Shown: positions 52,820 to 63,555 of the stretch, one piece after another | How the letters are laid out: each line of letters opens with the position of its first letter | Numbering within the stretch: the first letter of the stretch is position 1 | DNA from: a virus | Lineage: Duplodnaviria > Caudoviricetes | Virus record (IMG/VR): IMGVR_UViG_3300005077_000001 | Location: 1 to 64,000 of that record | DNA length: 64,000 bases | Reading direction: 5' to 3' (one strand) | The notes under the pieces: generated by a model | The model's input: only the letters and a program-made list of their open reading frames with translations | Told to the model about the DNA's origin: nothing | The model's database searches: none | Made by a program: the position numbers and the translations under genes

Positions 52820-53641
52820 TTGTACCTAGACGATGGTCTCTCTATGACTAAGATAGGAGAGATTATTGGTTGTTCTTCTAGTACGGTATGTAGAGTCATT
52901 AAGGGAAGTAATGTAGATATGAGAGACAGAGGTTCGTATTGCAGAAGACATATGGTTAATGAAGACATTTTTTCTTTTCCACCTAAAACAGAAGAACAGT
53001 TTTATTGGCTGGGGTTTTTAATGGCAGACGGTATTGTACAAAAAACTTGGGTATCAATTAAATTACAGGAACGTGATAATAATCATCTTATTAAGTTTAG
53101 AGATTTCATAGGTTCGGACCAGATAATTTTTAGACAATTAACAAAAGATAAAAATAATAAAAGTCATAAAACATTTCCATGTGTTAAAATACAAATAAAT
53201 TCAGCCAAAATTGTAAGAGATTTAGAAAAATATAATATTATACCAAATAAGGTACATAAGTGCGAGATTATTCCTGAACTAAAAAACAATAGGCATTTTT
53301 GGAGAGGAATGGTTGATGGGGATGGTTCTTTATTTTTAACAAAAACAGGAAATTGGGTTTTATCTTTAACTGGTTCTTTAGATACAATAACTAATTTTAG
53401 AGAGTTTATTTTTCAATTTACAAATTCTTATCCAAAGATAAATAAAGTAGATTTAACTTATTTTATATCCTACGGTGGAAATGTTTTGGTAGGCGCATTA
53501 AGTAGTCTGTTGTATAAAAATTCTAATATTTACTTAGATAGAAAAAAAGAGAATGCGCTACTATTAGAGGAAAATAATAATTATAGGAAAAGCAGACTAC
53601 ATATTAATTATGATTTAATAGATGAAGTAGTATATGAATAG
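52820..53641 (+). CDS. LAGLIDADG homing endonuclease; upstream extension from 52635 is frameshifted
   Basis: YWLGFLMADG and FWRGMVDGDG motifs; N-terminal HTH. Confidence 0.9.
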   Translation: MYLDDGLSMTKIGEIIGCSSSTVCRVIKGSNVDMRDRGSYCRRHMVNEDIFSFPPKTEEQFYWLGFLMADGIVQKTWVSIKLQERDNNHLIKFRDFIGSDQIIFRQLTKDKNNKSHKTFPCVKIQINSAKIVRDLEKYNIIPNKVHKCEIIPELKNNRHFWRGMVDGDGSLFLTKTGNWVLSLTGSLDTITNFREFIFQFTNSYPKINKVDLTYFISYGGNVLVGALSSLLYKNSNIYLDRKKENALLLEENNNYRKSRLHINYDLIDEVVYE

Positions 53642-53981
53642 AAAGGAATGGGTATATGAACTATGTAACTTTCACAAAAAATGAATTTAACGGATTTTTA
53701 GAGGATATGTTGAAACGTAATACAAATGTATCTTATGTAGTATTTGATGATTCACCTGAGCAGTTTATTCTAAAACTAATTAATCTTAAAGTAGACATCT
53801 TATTTATGAATAAAGATGAAAAATCTGTAGCGTTAATATTTGATGCGAATAATCATCAAGATGAACCTTTTGCTGGGTGCCATTTAGAGGATAATGATTA
53901 TGACTTTTATAAAAAGAAGCTAAAAAACCCAAAAGGATTTGTTAGTACAGGCATTGAAACTGGTAAAATGGGACCAATTTA

Positions 53982-54350
53982 ATGAAATTAGCCATTGTGG
54001 GAAGTCGTTGTTACGCTTCTTTAGATCAATATAACACTTTTAAAAGAATGATATACGGAAATGCTGATGCTTTCTTACAATTAGGCGGTATAACAGAGAT
54101 AGTGAGTGGTGGTGCTGATGGTATAGATTCTTTTGCTGAACATTTTGCTGATGAAAACAATATTCCCAAAAAAATATTTTATCCAAAATGGGAATTATAT
54201 GGTAAAGCTGCTGGTCATTTAAGAAATAAGGAAATAGTAGATTATTGTGATTATTTAATTGCCTTCTGGGACGGTCAATCTAAAGGAACTAAAAATTCAA
54301 TAGATTTGGCAAGTAATCAAAAGAAGCTCTTAATTATCTGCAAAATATAA
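53982..54350 (+). CDS. SLOG/YspA-like (DUF2493-type) protein
   Basis: AIVGSR, IVSGGADGID, LIAFWDGQSKGT. Confidence 0.85.
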   Translation: MKLAIVGSRCYASLDQYNTFKRMIYGNADAFLQLGGITEIVSGGADGIDSFAEHFADENNIPKKIFYPKWELYGKAAGHLRNKEIVDYCDYLIAFWDGQSKGTKNSIDLASNQKKLLIICKI

Positions 54351-54369
54351 AAAAATATAAAGGAATAAA

Positions 54370-55464
54370 ATGTATCAACCTATATCCACTTCCTTACGCC
54401 CCTCTACGTTTGAAGAGGTGATTGGACAAGGTATTGTTGTAGAGTCTCTTCGTAGTATACTTAAATCTAATAAACTTGCAAATGGTTTTATTTTCTCAGG
54501 TCAAAGAGGTCTTGGTAAAACAACTCTAGCTAGGATATTTGCCAGAGGATTAAATTGTAATAATTTAACTTCGGAGGGAAATCCCTGTAATGAGTGTAGT
54601 AACTGTAAGTTATCTTTATTAGGTAAACATCCAGATATAATTGAATTAGATGCTATAAGCAATGGTAAAGTAGACGATATAAGAGGCCTATTAGATAGTG
54701 CTACTAAATATCCTATTTCAGGAAGTAAATATAAAGTTTTTATAGTGGATGAGGCACAAGGTCTTTCGGTTTCAATCAACGCTTGGGATACTCTTTTAAA
54801 AGAATTAGAAGAAAGAAAACCCCACGTATTCTGGATATTTTGTACTACTCAAAAAAATAAAATTCCTCTTACAATTAGAAGTCGTTTACTCTGTTTTGAT
54901 TTAAGATTAATTCCTACTGATACTATTTCTGAATATTTATCTACTTTAGACTATTTTAAAGATAGAAAAGTAGAAAAAAGAGTATTTGATTTATTATCTC
55001 TAAGGTCAAATAATTCTTTACGAGATGCTCTCACTTTAGTAGAAACCTATTCTCCATACTTGGATGTTGAAGGGTGGACTTATGATAAGATAATAGCTAT
55101 ATCTGGTACTTTTGATGTTTCTTTGCAAATTGAAATGTTTCATAAAATATTGGATAAGGATATAATTGGATTATGGTCTTTAATGGAACAATCAATAGCT
55201 TCTGGTTTAGACTTAACTCAATTATTCAATTCCTTAGTTAATCTAATAAATTTCTTGATGTCTATGGCTACTGGAAATGCAGATATTTGGTTGGAATACA
55301 AAGTACCCGACGCATTTGAGCTATATGATAAAGTGGCTAATCTAGGTCTTGAAAGACTAATTTTTATATCAAATGTAATTATTAATAGAAAAAGAGATTT
55401 TGATTCATTTGACAATAAAAAGTTTGTACTACAAACTATGTGTTTAGAATTATGTACTTTTTAG
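54370..55464 (+). CDS. dnaX: DNA polymerase III gamma/tau-like clamp-loader subunit
   Basis: RPSTFEEVIGQ, GQRGLGKTT, C..C.C..C zinc site, IVDEAQ, SRL, RDAL. Confidence 0.93.
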   Translation: MYQPISTSLRPSTFEEVIGQGIVVESLRSILKSNKLANGFIFSGQRGLGKTTLARIFARGLNCNNLTSEGNPCNECSNCKLSLLGKHPDIIELDAISNGKVDDIRGLLDSATKYPISGSKYKVFIVDEAQGLSVSINAWDTLLKELEERKPHVFWIFCTTQKNKIPLTIRSRLLCFDLRLIPTDTISEYLSTLDYFKDRKVEKRVFDLLSLRSNNSLRDALTLVETYSPYLDVEGWTYDKIIAISGTFDVSLQIEMFHKILDKDIIGLWSLMEQSIASGLDLTQLFNSLVNLINFLMSMATGNADIWLEYKVPDAFELYDKVANLGLERLIFISNVIINRKRDFDSFDNKKFVLQTMCLELCTF

Positions 55465-56297
55465 AAGGAATATCCTACATAGAAAAAACTAAAGAACCTC
55501 GCTTATATCTAAGCGGAGATAATGATTATCTAAAAAATTTCATAATAAATTATGTTAAAGATAAGACAGGAAAAATACCTTGTAACTATAAAGAAATAAA
55601 GACTAATCTTTTTTACACTAATAAGTTTTTTCCTATAACTACAGATAAAGTATTAAATCCAAAAGGGATATTAATTAAGGTTTCTAATAAAAAGGCTAAT
55701 AAAAAAGAGTTAAAAGAAAATAAACTAGAAGAGATTTCATGTTCTAATTTATTTCCTAGTCAAGTAAAGACTTTCATTAAAATTTGTTCTGATAAGTATG
55801 ATTTAGTTTTACCTGATGATATAGCAGACATCTTATATACTTATTTTAAAGATGATTTGGAAAAAATAGAGGATTACATTAAGATTATATACTATTCTCA
55901 ATTATTTGATAATTATTATATTATAGAGGATATAAATATATCAACATTTCGATTAGTTGAATGCGTAATAAAAGGAGACATCAATTCTGTTTTGCGCGGT
56001 CTTTATAATTTTAAAGACTATTTTGGAATAATATGGCTATTGATACTTAAATACAAAGAGGTTGGGCAATTCTTAGATGACCCTTCAAAATATAAAACTT
56101 CATTTATGTCTAAATACTATGCTGATTTGTCACGAGGTTACTCTAAAAAGGATATTACTCACATTTTAATATTCTTATCAAAATTATTGGAAAAGATAAA
56201 GCACAATAACTTAGCAAACAATACTGTGTTTATAAACGGTATAATACGAATAAAGCATTATAGGAAACTTGGAGATGCACAATGGCTGAAATACTAG
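55440..56297 (+). CDS. Clamp-loader delta (HolA)-like subunit
   Basis: Follows dnaX; LYLSGDNDYL, F.LVECVIKGD. Confidence 0.55.
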   Translation: MFRIMYFLEGISYIEKTKEPRLYLSGDNDYLKNFIINYVKDKTGKIPCNYKEIKTNLFYTNKFFPITTDKVLNPKGILIKVSNKKANKKELKENKLEEISCSNLFPSQVKTFIKICSDKYDLVLPDDIADILYTYFKDDLEKIEDYIKIIYYSQLFDNYYIIEDINISTFRLVECVIKGDINSVLRGLYNFKDYFGIIWLLILKYKEVGQFLDDPSKYKTSFMSKYYADLSRGYSKKDITHILIFLSKLLEKIKHNNLANNTVFINGIIRIKHYRKLGDAQWLKY

Positions 56298-57125
56298 TAA
56301 CAGAAAAAGATAGAATTTACTATGCGAATGTTATTGATAAGTTAGGTTCTCTTTTTGATATTTTTGAATCTTTTCATAAGTATGATGGGATGCCTAATAT
56401 ACCAAATGAAGATATAATGGATTTTTTAATTAAATCTTTTAAAGAGTGGATTGTAAGTAAAGAAGGAGCAAGCTGGTTGGAAGATCTTGGTTATCATAAA
56501 AAAACAAAAGATGGCTCCTTTATAAAATATGAATTGGTGCAGGAATGTGAATGCTGCTCAGAGTTAATATCGGAGATTGAATTTTATACTTGTGAAAAAT
56601 GTGGGAAAAAGATTTGCAGTAGTTGTTCAAATATTGTTAATGAGGCTTATGACATAAGATGGTGTAATTCTTGTCTATAAATTAATTAACTTTGTTAACG
56701 TAGGTAGATTATTATATTTTTTATAGGAGTATAGCCAATGGCTGTAAAAACTCAAAAACCTGATATTAATGAAATTGGGGTTTTGTATGTTAAAAGCCGA
56801 ATTCGTCAAGAAGCAACTAGTGCTCGTAGCTTTAATCCTGCATCTATACAGGAATTTGAAACTAGAGACCCTCAGATGCGAATGATGTATGATTCTTTTA
56901 ATTTGCAATATCTGCAAGACTGGATACGTAGAATGAATCACTATCCAGGGATGAACACTAAAATTTAAGGAGAAAAGTTGGCAAAGACTAAAAGAGATTG
57001 GCGTTCTACTAAAGAACACGATGAAGGTTGTTGTTGTAAAAAATGCTTACGTAAAGAAGAAGCTGAACTAAGAGGCAAATCGGGTAAAATTAGTAGAAAT
57101 AATTGGTTCATGTATGTAGAGTCTG

Positions 57126-57842
57126 ATGATGAGTCTGAAATATGATTTTATGAAATCTGGTGGAATTATATTAAAAAATATTCTACTACGATTATCAGAA
57201 GAAGTAAAGCCTGGTATTACAACCAAACAACTTGAAGTTTATCTAAAAGAGATGTTGTTAGAGTATAAAGTAATTTCTGGAACTAAAAACTTGAATGGAT
57301 TTCCAAGTTTTATTTGTATATCAGTAAATGAGGAATTACTTAGTGGTGTACCATCGAGTAGAGTTATAAGAAAAGGTGATATAGTTAAATTAGATTTAAC
57401 AATTAATTATAAGGGGTTTTACGTTGATAAAGCTGTGACTGTTCTTGTTGAGCCTAATGACTATAAACAAAAATATATTTTGAAGTGTGCTCAATTATGT
57501 CTAGATAATGCTTTGAGGTTTTGTAAAGAAGGAATATCAGTGTCAGAATTAGGAGATGTAATTCAAACAACGGCTAACTTCATGAAAGTAAAAGTAGTCA
57601 AGGATTATGGAGGTCATGGGGTAGGTTATGCTCCTCATATGGAACCTTTCATACCTAACTATTGTAATAATGATGGAACTAAATTATATGAAACATACTC
57701 TTTTACTATAGAGCCCGTTGTTGTTTTTGATAGTGTGACAACTTATAAAAAAGGTATGACAGTTATGGGCGATCCAATATCAGCTCATGTTGAAGAAACT
57801 GTTTTATTAACAGAAAATGGATATGAGGTGTTAACTAGGTGA
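57126..57842 (+). CDS. map: Methionine aminopeptidase type I
   Basis: FICISVNE, DIVKLDL, VDKA, GHGVG, TIEP, AHVEET metal ligands. Confidence 0.93.
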   Translation: MMSLKYDFMKSGGIILKNILLRLSEEVKPGITTKQLEVYLKEMLLEYKVISGTKNLNGFPSFICISVNEELLSGVPSSRVIRKGDIVKLDLTINYKGFYVDKAVTVLVEPNDYKQKYILKCAQLCLDNALRFCKEGISVSELGDVIQTTANFMKVKVVKDYGGHGVGYAPHMEPFIPNYCNNDGTKLYETYSFTIEPVVVFDSVTTYKKGMTVMGDPISAHVEETVLLTENGYEVLTR

Positions 57843-58174
57843 GTTTAGTATTGTTTATTATAATAAGTTACTCATTTTCTTTCATTGTAACACAGCAAAA
57901 AGTATTTGAGGAATTTAGAACTTTTTTGAATAATCTATATAATAGATATCCTTATTACCCCTTTAAAAAAGTATGCCAATTATTCAATTGTATTACCTGC
58001 ATGGGGTTTTGGGCTGGTGTTATTATTTGCTTGATGGGTTTTAATTTATTTGGTATTAGTAAATGGGATTTCTTTTTTAGTGGGTTATTGTCTAGTGTTT
58101 GTTGCTATTTTTTGGATTTAGGTAGAATGTTGATAGATAAATATTTGGTAGATAAATGGAGCATAGAATTGTGA
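57839..58174 (+). CDS. Membrane protein (DUF1360-like)
   Basis: LFNCITCMGFWAG within hydrophobic helices. Confidence 0.55.
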   Translation: MSLVLFIIISYSFSFIVTQQKVFEEFRTFLNNLYNRYPYYPFKKVCQLFNCITCMGFWAGVIICLMGFNLFGISKWDFFFSGLLSSVCCYFLDLGRMLIDKYLVDKWSIEL

Positions 58175-58583
58175 CAGGACAAAGTCTTAGAGCTAGAAAA
58201 GAGGCTCTAAAAAAGAAGAACGAAGATTTAGAAGGAGAAGCTTCTATTGGTACAGATTATGAATACCTCCTTTCTAAACAATTAGATATAATAAATAAAC
58301 AAAGTGACCAAATTGATAAACTAGTGTCTGCTTTAACAAGCACGGCTAAGTCTGTTACGGGCCCGCCCCAAACTATAATAGTAAAAGGGGTTGGGTTTGA
58401 AGGAGCCAGTCAAGAATATTTAGAGCAGGAAGAAAAGGATAATGATATCCTGTTTATTGATGATTTAGTAAGTACAGAAGATATTTCATCTTCTGGACAA
58501 TTAGAAAATGAAGCACATGTTGGAGAATCTATAGACGATAAAATAAAAAAACTTAGAGAACTTAAGAAATAAAGGAGGGTATA

Positions 58584-59609
58584 ATGGAAGTAAATAGAGA
58601 AGCATATGCTTATGGGGTAGGGTTGGATGTTGGGACATCCATGATAGTGAGAGCAAGAAAATTGAAGAGTGGGAACGTGGAGTATCTTTCGCAACGCGAT
58701 TCTTTTCTAGAAATCGAGCCAGTTTCGGAATTAAATAGAAAAATGATTCAAAAATCGTTAGATGCACGGCAAGCCTTTTATTTATACAAAGATAATAAAT
58801 TCTATATTGTGGGGCAACACTCAATTTCTGTGGCAAACGAACGTGGAGTTAATGTAGAACGCCCTTTAAAACAAGGGGTCCTTAGTGCAAAAGATAAGAA
58901 TTCTTTTCCTATGCTTGCCAAGATTTTAGAGGTTCTCGTCGGACCGCCACTAGTGGATAGGGAAAAATGTTATTTTTCATTTCCGGCGGACCCTATCGAT
59001 GCTGAATTTGACTCTATATATCATCAGCGTATTATTGGGACTATTTTAGACAATATGGGCTATGAAGCAACTCCTATTTTAGAAGCAGAAGCCTTGGGTT
59101 ACTCAGAATTATTAGACGAGGGGCTTACCGGTATGGCTTTGTCTTTCGGGGCAGGGCAAACTAATTGTGCTATCTTGCATTTAGGTAGTGTGGTTTTATC
59201 GGCTTCAGTGGCGAGGGGCGGTGATTGGATTGATAAAAAGGTTGCTGAAAAGTTAGATTTGGCAGATACTACAGTCCAAGCTGAAAAAGAAGGAGGTATT
59301 TCTTTAATAAACCCTGATGGTAAAATACAAGAAGCAATTGCTATCTATTACGATAACTTAATAAACTACGTTTGTGATAAATTAAAATATAAATTTTCTA
59401 TTACAAGAGGAATTCCTAAATTTAAGGAACCTATTACAGTAGTAATTTCTGGAGGAACTACATTATGTGAAGGATTTGATAGCAAAATAGAGGTTGCGTT
59501 AAGAGAACGTCACTTTGAACAGTTTGGTATTCAAATTGGCGCAATTAAGAAAGCGTCTGACCCGCTAACAGCTGTATCTGGGGGGTGCCTAATTGCAAGC
59601 GAAATTTAA
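58584..59609 (+). CDS. Actin-fold ATPase (MreB/FtsA/ParM superfamily)
   Basis: GLDVGTS, ILEAEALGY, SFGAGQT, VISGGT, DPLTAVSGG. Confidence 0.85.
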   Translation: MEVNREAYAYGVGLDVGTSMIVRARKLKSGNVEYLSQRDSFLEIEPVSELNRKMIQKSLDARQAFYLYKDNKFYIVGQHSISVANERGVNVERPLKQGVLSAKDKNSFPMLAKILEVLVGPPLVDREKCYFSFPADPIDAEFDSIYHQRIIGTILDNMGYEATPILEAEALGYSELLDEGLTGMALSFGAGQTNCAILHLGSVVLSASVARGGDWIDKKVAEKLDLADTTVQAEKEGGISLINPDGKIQEAIAIYYDNLINYVCDKLKYKFSITRGIPKFKEPITVVISGGTTLCEGFDSKIEVALRERHFEQFGIQIGAIKKASDPLTAVSGGCLIASEI

Positions 59610-60273
59610 TAGACACACTAAAAAATGTTGTACTTGTAAAGAAATTAAAAATATAGATAGTTTTGCTAAGAATAAAACTTGTATTGATGGCCTACAATAT
59701 GAATGTAAGCTTTGTTTTAATATTAGAAATAAAAAACGAAGACAGAAAAATAAACAGAATGGTTTGTGTATTTGTTGTGGTAAAGAGTTAGATAGCTGCA
59801 ATGTTACTTGCTTAAAGTGTAGTAAAAAACATTCACTTCTTGAAAAAAATAGAAAAAATAAAAGAAAAATAGAAAAAAAATGCACTATTTGTGAGCTGCC
59901 TGTTTTAAATGGGCATACTCAATGCGCTGAATGCTTGGATAAAGCAAATAAACGGTCTAAGGAACTGATTTTAAAATTTAGTAAAAAAGTAGGAGGTTAC
60001 TTTAATAATATTTGTCAAATATGCCAAGAACAATCTACACATTATGAGGTATTTCAATGCCATCATCTACACCCTTCTGAAAAAATAAAAGATGTATCTA
60101 AAATGGTGCATAAAGATTGGGATTCAGTTGTTGCTCCAGAACTTGAGAAATGTATATACCTGTGTTCAAATTGCCATGCTCGACTCCACGCAGGTCGTTT
60201 TGATGAAGACATAAACTCAGGTAAATTAATTCTTACACCAGGAAAAGTAGAAGGAATAAACTATGAAAATTGA
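59593..60273 (+). CDS. Zn-binding HNH-type endonuclease
   Basis: Multiple CxxC; CHHLHPSEK, ELEKCIYLCSNCHARLH. Confidence 0.85.
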   Translation: MQAKFNRHTKKCCTCKEIKNIDSFAKNKTCIDGLQYECKLCFNIRNKKRRQKNKQNGLCICCGKELDSCNVTCLKCSKKHSLLEKNRKNKRKIEKKCTICELPVLNGHTQCAECLDKANKRSKELILKFSKKVGGYFNNICQICQEQSTHYEVFQCHHLHPSEKIKDVSKMVHKDWDSVVAPELEKCIYLCSNCHARLHAGRFDEDINSGKLILTPGKVEGINYEN

Positions 60274-60790
60274 TGCTCCAATAACAATGAATGGTTGGGC
60301 GTGCATTACAGAAGATGGGGATGTTTGTTTTGGTGAAGCAGAGTCTTCCTGTGACGAATGCCCAGATAGAGAAACAAATGAATGTGTTCCTGTAGTTGTA
60401 GAAATAATACCTACAAATGAATATGCAGATAGACAGTTACGAATAGATACTATGAATGATACTCATAATTCTTATAAAGAAGCACTTGAACGCATAAAGT
60501 TGGATGTTCAAGATTTGAAGAAATCATTAAATAATATACCGAAAGGATTAAAGGATGATAGACGATAGTAGAGGAATGACTCCTGAAAGGAAAAAGTACA
60601 TACAAAATCATCGTAAACAAGCAGATATATATGGTAATTCTTTACCCTATGAGATAGGTAAACCTAAAAAAGGTAGACCTAGGAATGTTGTTATTGAATG
60701 TCCTAAATGCCAGCATGTAATCTTTGTGAGTAAAGTAACATCGTGTGTCATATGCTCTTGTGGTGAATTTATAAATTTGGAGGATTAAGA

Positions 60791-61291
60791 TTGGAAGAAG
60801 ACACTAACTATATTGAACATCATTTTCGTGTAATTGATGGAAAAATAAATAGTGGTAACATTAATAATAAGAAAAGAGGTCGGAGAAAAGGGTATAAGCA
60901 TACCGACGAAACTAAAGATAAGATAGCTGATAAAATGAAAGATAGAACAAAAACTGATGAAGAAAAACAAAAAATCTCTGATAAGTTGAAGGGTAGAAAA
61001 AAAAGCCTTGTAACTATCAAGAAAATATCAATAAAGAAAAGAAAAACTTGGCCCGCAGATGATTTATTAAAAGACTATATGAATCCTTCTAGAAAAGAGG
61101 ATAGAGAGTGGTTAAATAATAATTCAAATGACGAAGAAAGACAAGAATTATTAGATTGGATTATAGAAAACCATGATCAATTCAATGAAATAGCAGAGGA
61201 TGTAAAAACTTATAAAGATTTAAAATCTGATTCTATGCGAGAACAAGTAGAACTAGTAGAGCAGTACAACGATGTCAGACAAAAATCATAA
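60791..61291 (+). CDS. NUMOD3-repeat protein
   Basis: KHTDETKDKIA...KTDEEKQKISDKLKGRKKS. Confidence 0.7.
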   Translation: MEEDTNYIEHHFRVIDGKINSGNINNKKRGRRKGYKHTDETKDKIADKMKDRTKTDEEKQKISDKLKGRKKSLVTIKKISIKKRKTWPADDLLKDYMNPSRKEDREWLNNNSNDEERQELLDWIIENHDQFNEIAEDVKTYKDLKSDSMREQVELVEQYNDVRQKS

Positions 61292-61865
61292 TTATAATCC
61301 AAAATCGAGAGATAATTTAAAACAATACGGAGGAAGTTCCAAGAAAGTAAGGAATTACGAAGAGAAGTTTGAAAAGTTTATTAAAGAGAAAAAACTTTTA
61401 TTAACATTAGATATGTTGAAAGATCTGATTCCGTATGAAGATATTTTTAAGGACAAAGAAACACCTCAGTTTTTTAATATTTTAATGTTACACTTAGAAG
61501 ATTATGCTGGAGAAATAACTTTAAGTACTTCAGATTTACATGATATTATAAATATTTGTAATTTAACTATTTTGAAATATAGAGTAATAAAGGATTCAAA
61601 AACTCAAGGTGAGATAAAAGATGCTGTAAAATTTATTGAATCCATAGATAAATCTATTGAAAAAGCAAAGACAAATTTAGGAGCTAATCGCTCTGCTCGT
61701 GTTGACCCTAAAATAAAAAAGAATACAACCGTTGTAGATTTAATCGGAGAATATGATACTAAGACAGGTAGGAATAGAGCTTTAAGAGATATACAAAAGA
61801 TGTTGGAACAAGAAGATGATGTTGAAGGGTATGCAACGTCAATGGAGGAAGTAATAGAATATTAA
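61272..61865 (+). CDS. Probable terminase small subunit
   Basis: Position directly upstream of TerL; N-terminal SRDNLKQ; inference only. Confidence 0.45.
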   Translation: MSDKNHNYNPKSRDNLKQYGGSSKKVRNYEEKFEKFIKEKKLLLTLDMLKDLIPYEDIFKDKETPQFFNILMLHLEDYAGEITLSTSDLHDIINICNLTILKYRVIKDSKTQGEIKDAVKFIESIDKSIEKAKTNLGANRSARVDPKIKKNTTVVDLIGEYDTKTGRNRALRDIQKMLEQEDDVEGYATSMEEVIEY

Positions 61866-63544
61866 TGAGTACTATTAAAGATGCTGCTTCTTGGGCGGTG
61901 GAAACTTGGAGAGCTAATCCATCTTTCGCCGCCAAAGAATTATTAAATGTAGAATTAATTCCTATTCAAAGAGTTGTGTTGAATAGGTTTTGGGTAGCTC
62001 GTAACGGAATTGCTTTAGCTTGTCGTGGTTATGGGAAGACATATAAAGCAGCTACTTTAGCTATTTTGCAAGCTTTGTTATTTCCAGGTCGTAGAGTTGG
62101 TTGCTTGTCTGCTTCTTTTCGTCAGGCAAAACAAATATTTGAAGAGATTAAGAATATTTGGCAAAATTCTCGTTTGTTACAACAATGCACTATATCTCGC
62201 CCCACAATCAGTAACGATTCCTGCTGGTTAGAATTTAAACCAGTTCCAGGAATGAAACCTTCCAAAATTGTTGCTCTCCCCTTATCAGATGGTTCTAAAA
62301 TAAGAGGTCAACGCTTTTACGTTCTATTAATAGACGAATGTGTACATGTACCTGAATTTGTTTTTAATACAGTATTGCGTCCAATGGCAGCAACTAAACA
62401 GAATCCTGTGCAGTCAATGAAGATAATGGAAGAGAGAGAACGAATTCTATCTTTAGGATTAGACAATGATTTAGAGGCAGAAAAATTAGCTGAACTAGAC
62501 GCACTGGATATCTCTAACCAAATATACATGTTTACTTCAGGGTATTATTCATTTAATTATGTATACAACATGTATAAGAACTACTCTAATCGTATGCATG
62601 GCTTGGAATCAGACCATAGACCCTCTGATTTTGCTACTTTTCAGATTCCATCTAAAGCAATACCAAAGGGGTTTTTAGATCCAGATGCTTTAAAATTAGC
62701 TGAGGCAGACATGTCTCCTATAGAGTTTGCTATGGAGTATAATGCAGCTTGGATATCTGATTCAGGTGGGTTTTTTAGAGTTCATCATATTGAACAATGT
62801 AGAGCAGAAAATTTAGGACTTGATTGTTCTATTCATGTCAAAGGGGAGTCAGATAAGTTTTATATAATGACTATGGACCCTGCTCGTACTATGGCAAATA
62901 AATTTGCTATTTTAATTAGTGAGTGGGATTTAAATAGAGGAATTCGAATAGTGCATGCGGAACAATATCTAGATACACCTACTCCAGATATGGTAGATAG
63001 AATATATCAATTATGTAGAGAATTTAATATAATGCGTATAGATATTGATGCTGGTGGCGGTGGTAGAGAAATATCTGACTATCTTGCTAGAGGTAAGGAT
63101 GGTGCTGAACCTATTTACGATATGGAAGATGAAGCCTTTTGGCGTCTTAAAGGAAGACATATATTAAGAAAAATTAATTTTAGCTCAGATTGGATTAATT
63201 CTGCTAACCACAGGGCATTGAATATGCTGGAACGAAGAAAGATTGTTTTCCCCCGAGCGCCAATTGAGGGAGGAAGTGACTTAGAAGTTAAGAGGCGGCA
63301 TGAATCTTATACAAATTGTGAAACTATGATTAAACAAATATTAAATATAAAAACAAAACAAACTCCCAGTGGGTTATTGAAGTTTGATTTGCCAGATACT
63401 GGCGGAGGCTTCGTAAAACATAAAGACTTATATTCAGCATTTTTATTGGCTTGTAACTTAGCTTATGATTTAGAAGAATCAGGATTAAGAAAGAAAAGCC
63501 CAATGCTACACACAGGACTAATAATTCCAGTAGGGAGCTGGTAA
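61865..63544 (+). CDS. terL: Terminase large subunit
   Basis: ACRGYGKT (Walker A), VLLIDE (Walker B), TSG, nuclease MTMDPAR, HKDLYSA. Confidence 0.92.
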   Translation: MSTIKDAASWAVETWRANPSFAAKELLNVELIPIQRVVLNRFWVARNGIALACRGYGKTYKAATLAILQALLFPGRRVGCLSASFRQAKQIFEEIKNIWQNSRLLQQCTISRPTISNDSCWLEFKPVPGMKPSKIVALPLSDGSKIRGQRFYVLLIDECVHVPEFVFNTVLRPMAATKQNPVQSMKIMEERERILSLGLDNDLEAEKLAELDALDISNQIYMFTSGYYSFNYVYNMYKNYSNRMHGLESDHRPSDFATFQIPSKAIPKGFLDPDALKLAEADMSPIEFAMEYNAAWISDSGGFFRVHHIEQCRAENLGLDCSIHVKGESDKFYIMTMDPARTMANKFAILISEWDLNRGIRIVHAEQYLDTPTPDMVDRIYQLCREFNIMRIDIDAGGGGREISDYLARGKDGAEPIYDMEDEAFWRLKGRHILRKINFSSDWINSANHRALNMLERRKIVFPRAPIEGGSDLEVKRRHESYTNCETMIKQILNIKTKQTPSGLLKFDLPDTGGGFVKHKDLYSAFLLACNLAYDLEESGLRKKSPMLHTGLIIPVGSW

Positions 63545-63555
63545 GGAGATAAAAA

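Noticed and set aside
61865-63544. Intein or intron in the terminase
   Set aside because: Length (559 aa) and motif spacing are continuous; no splice motifs seen
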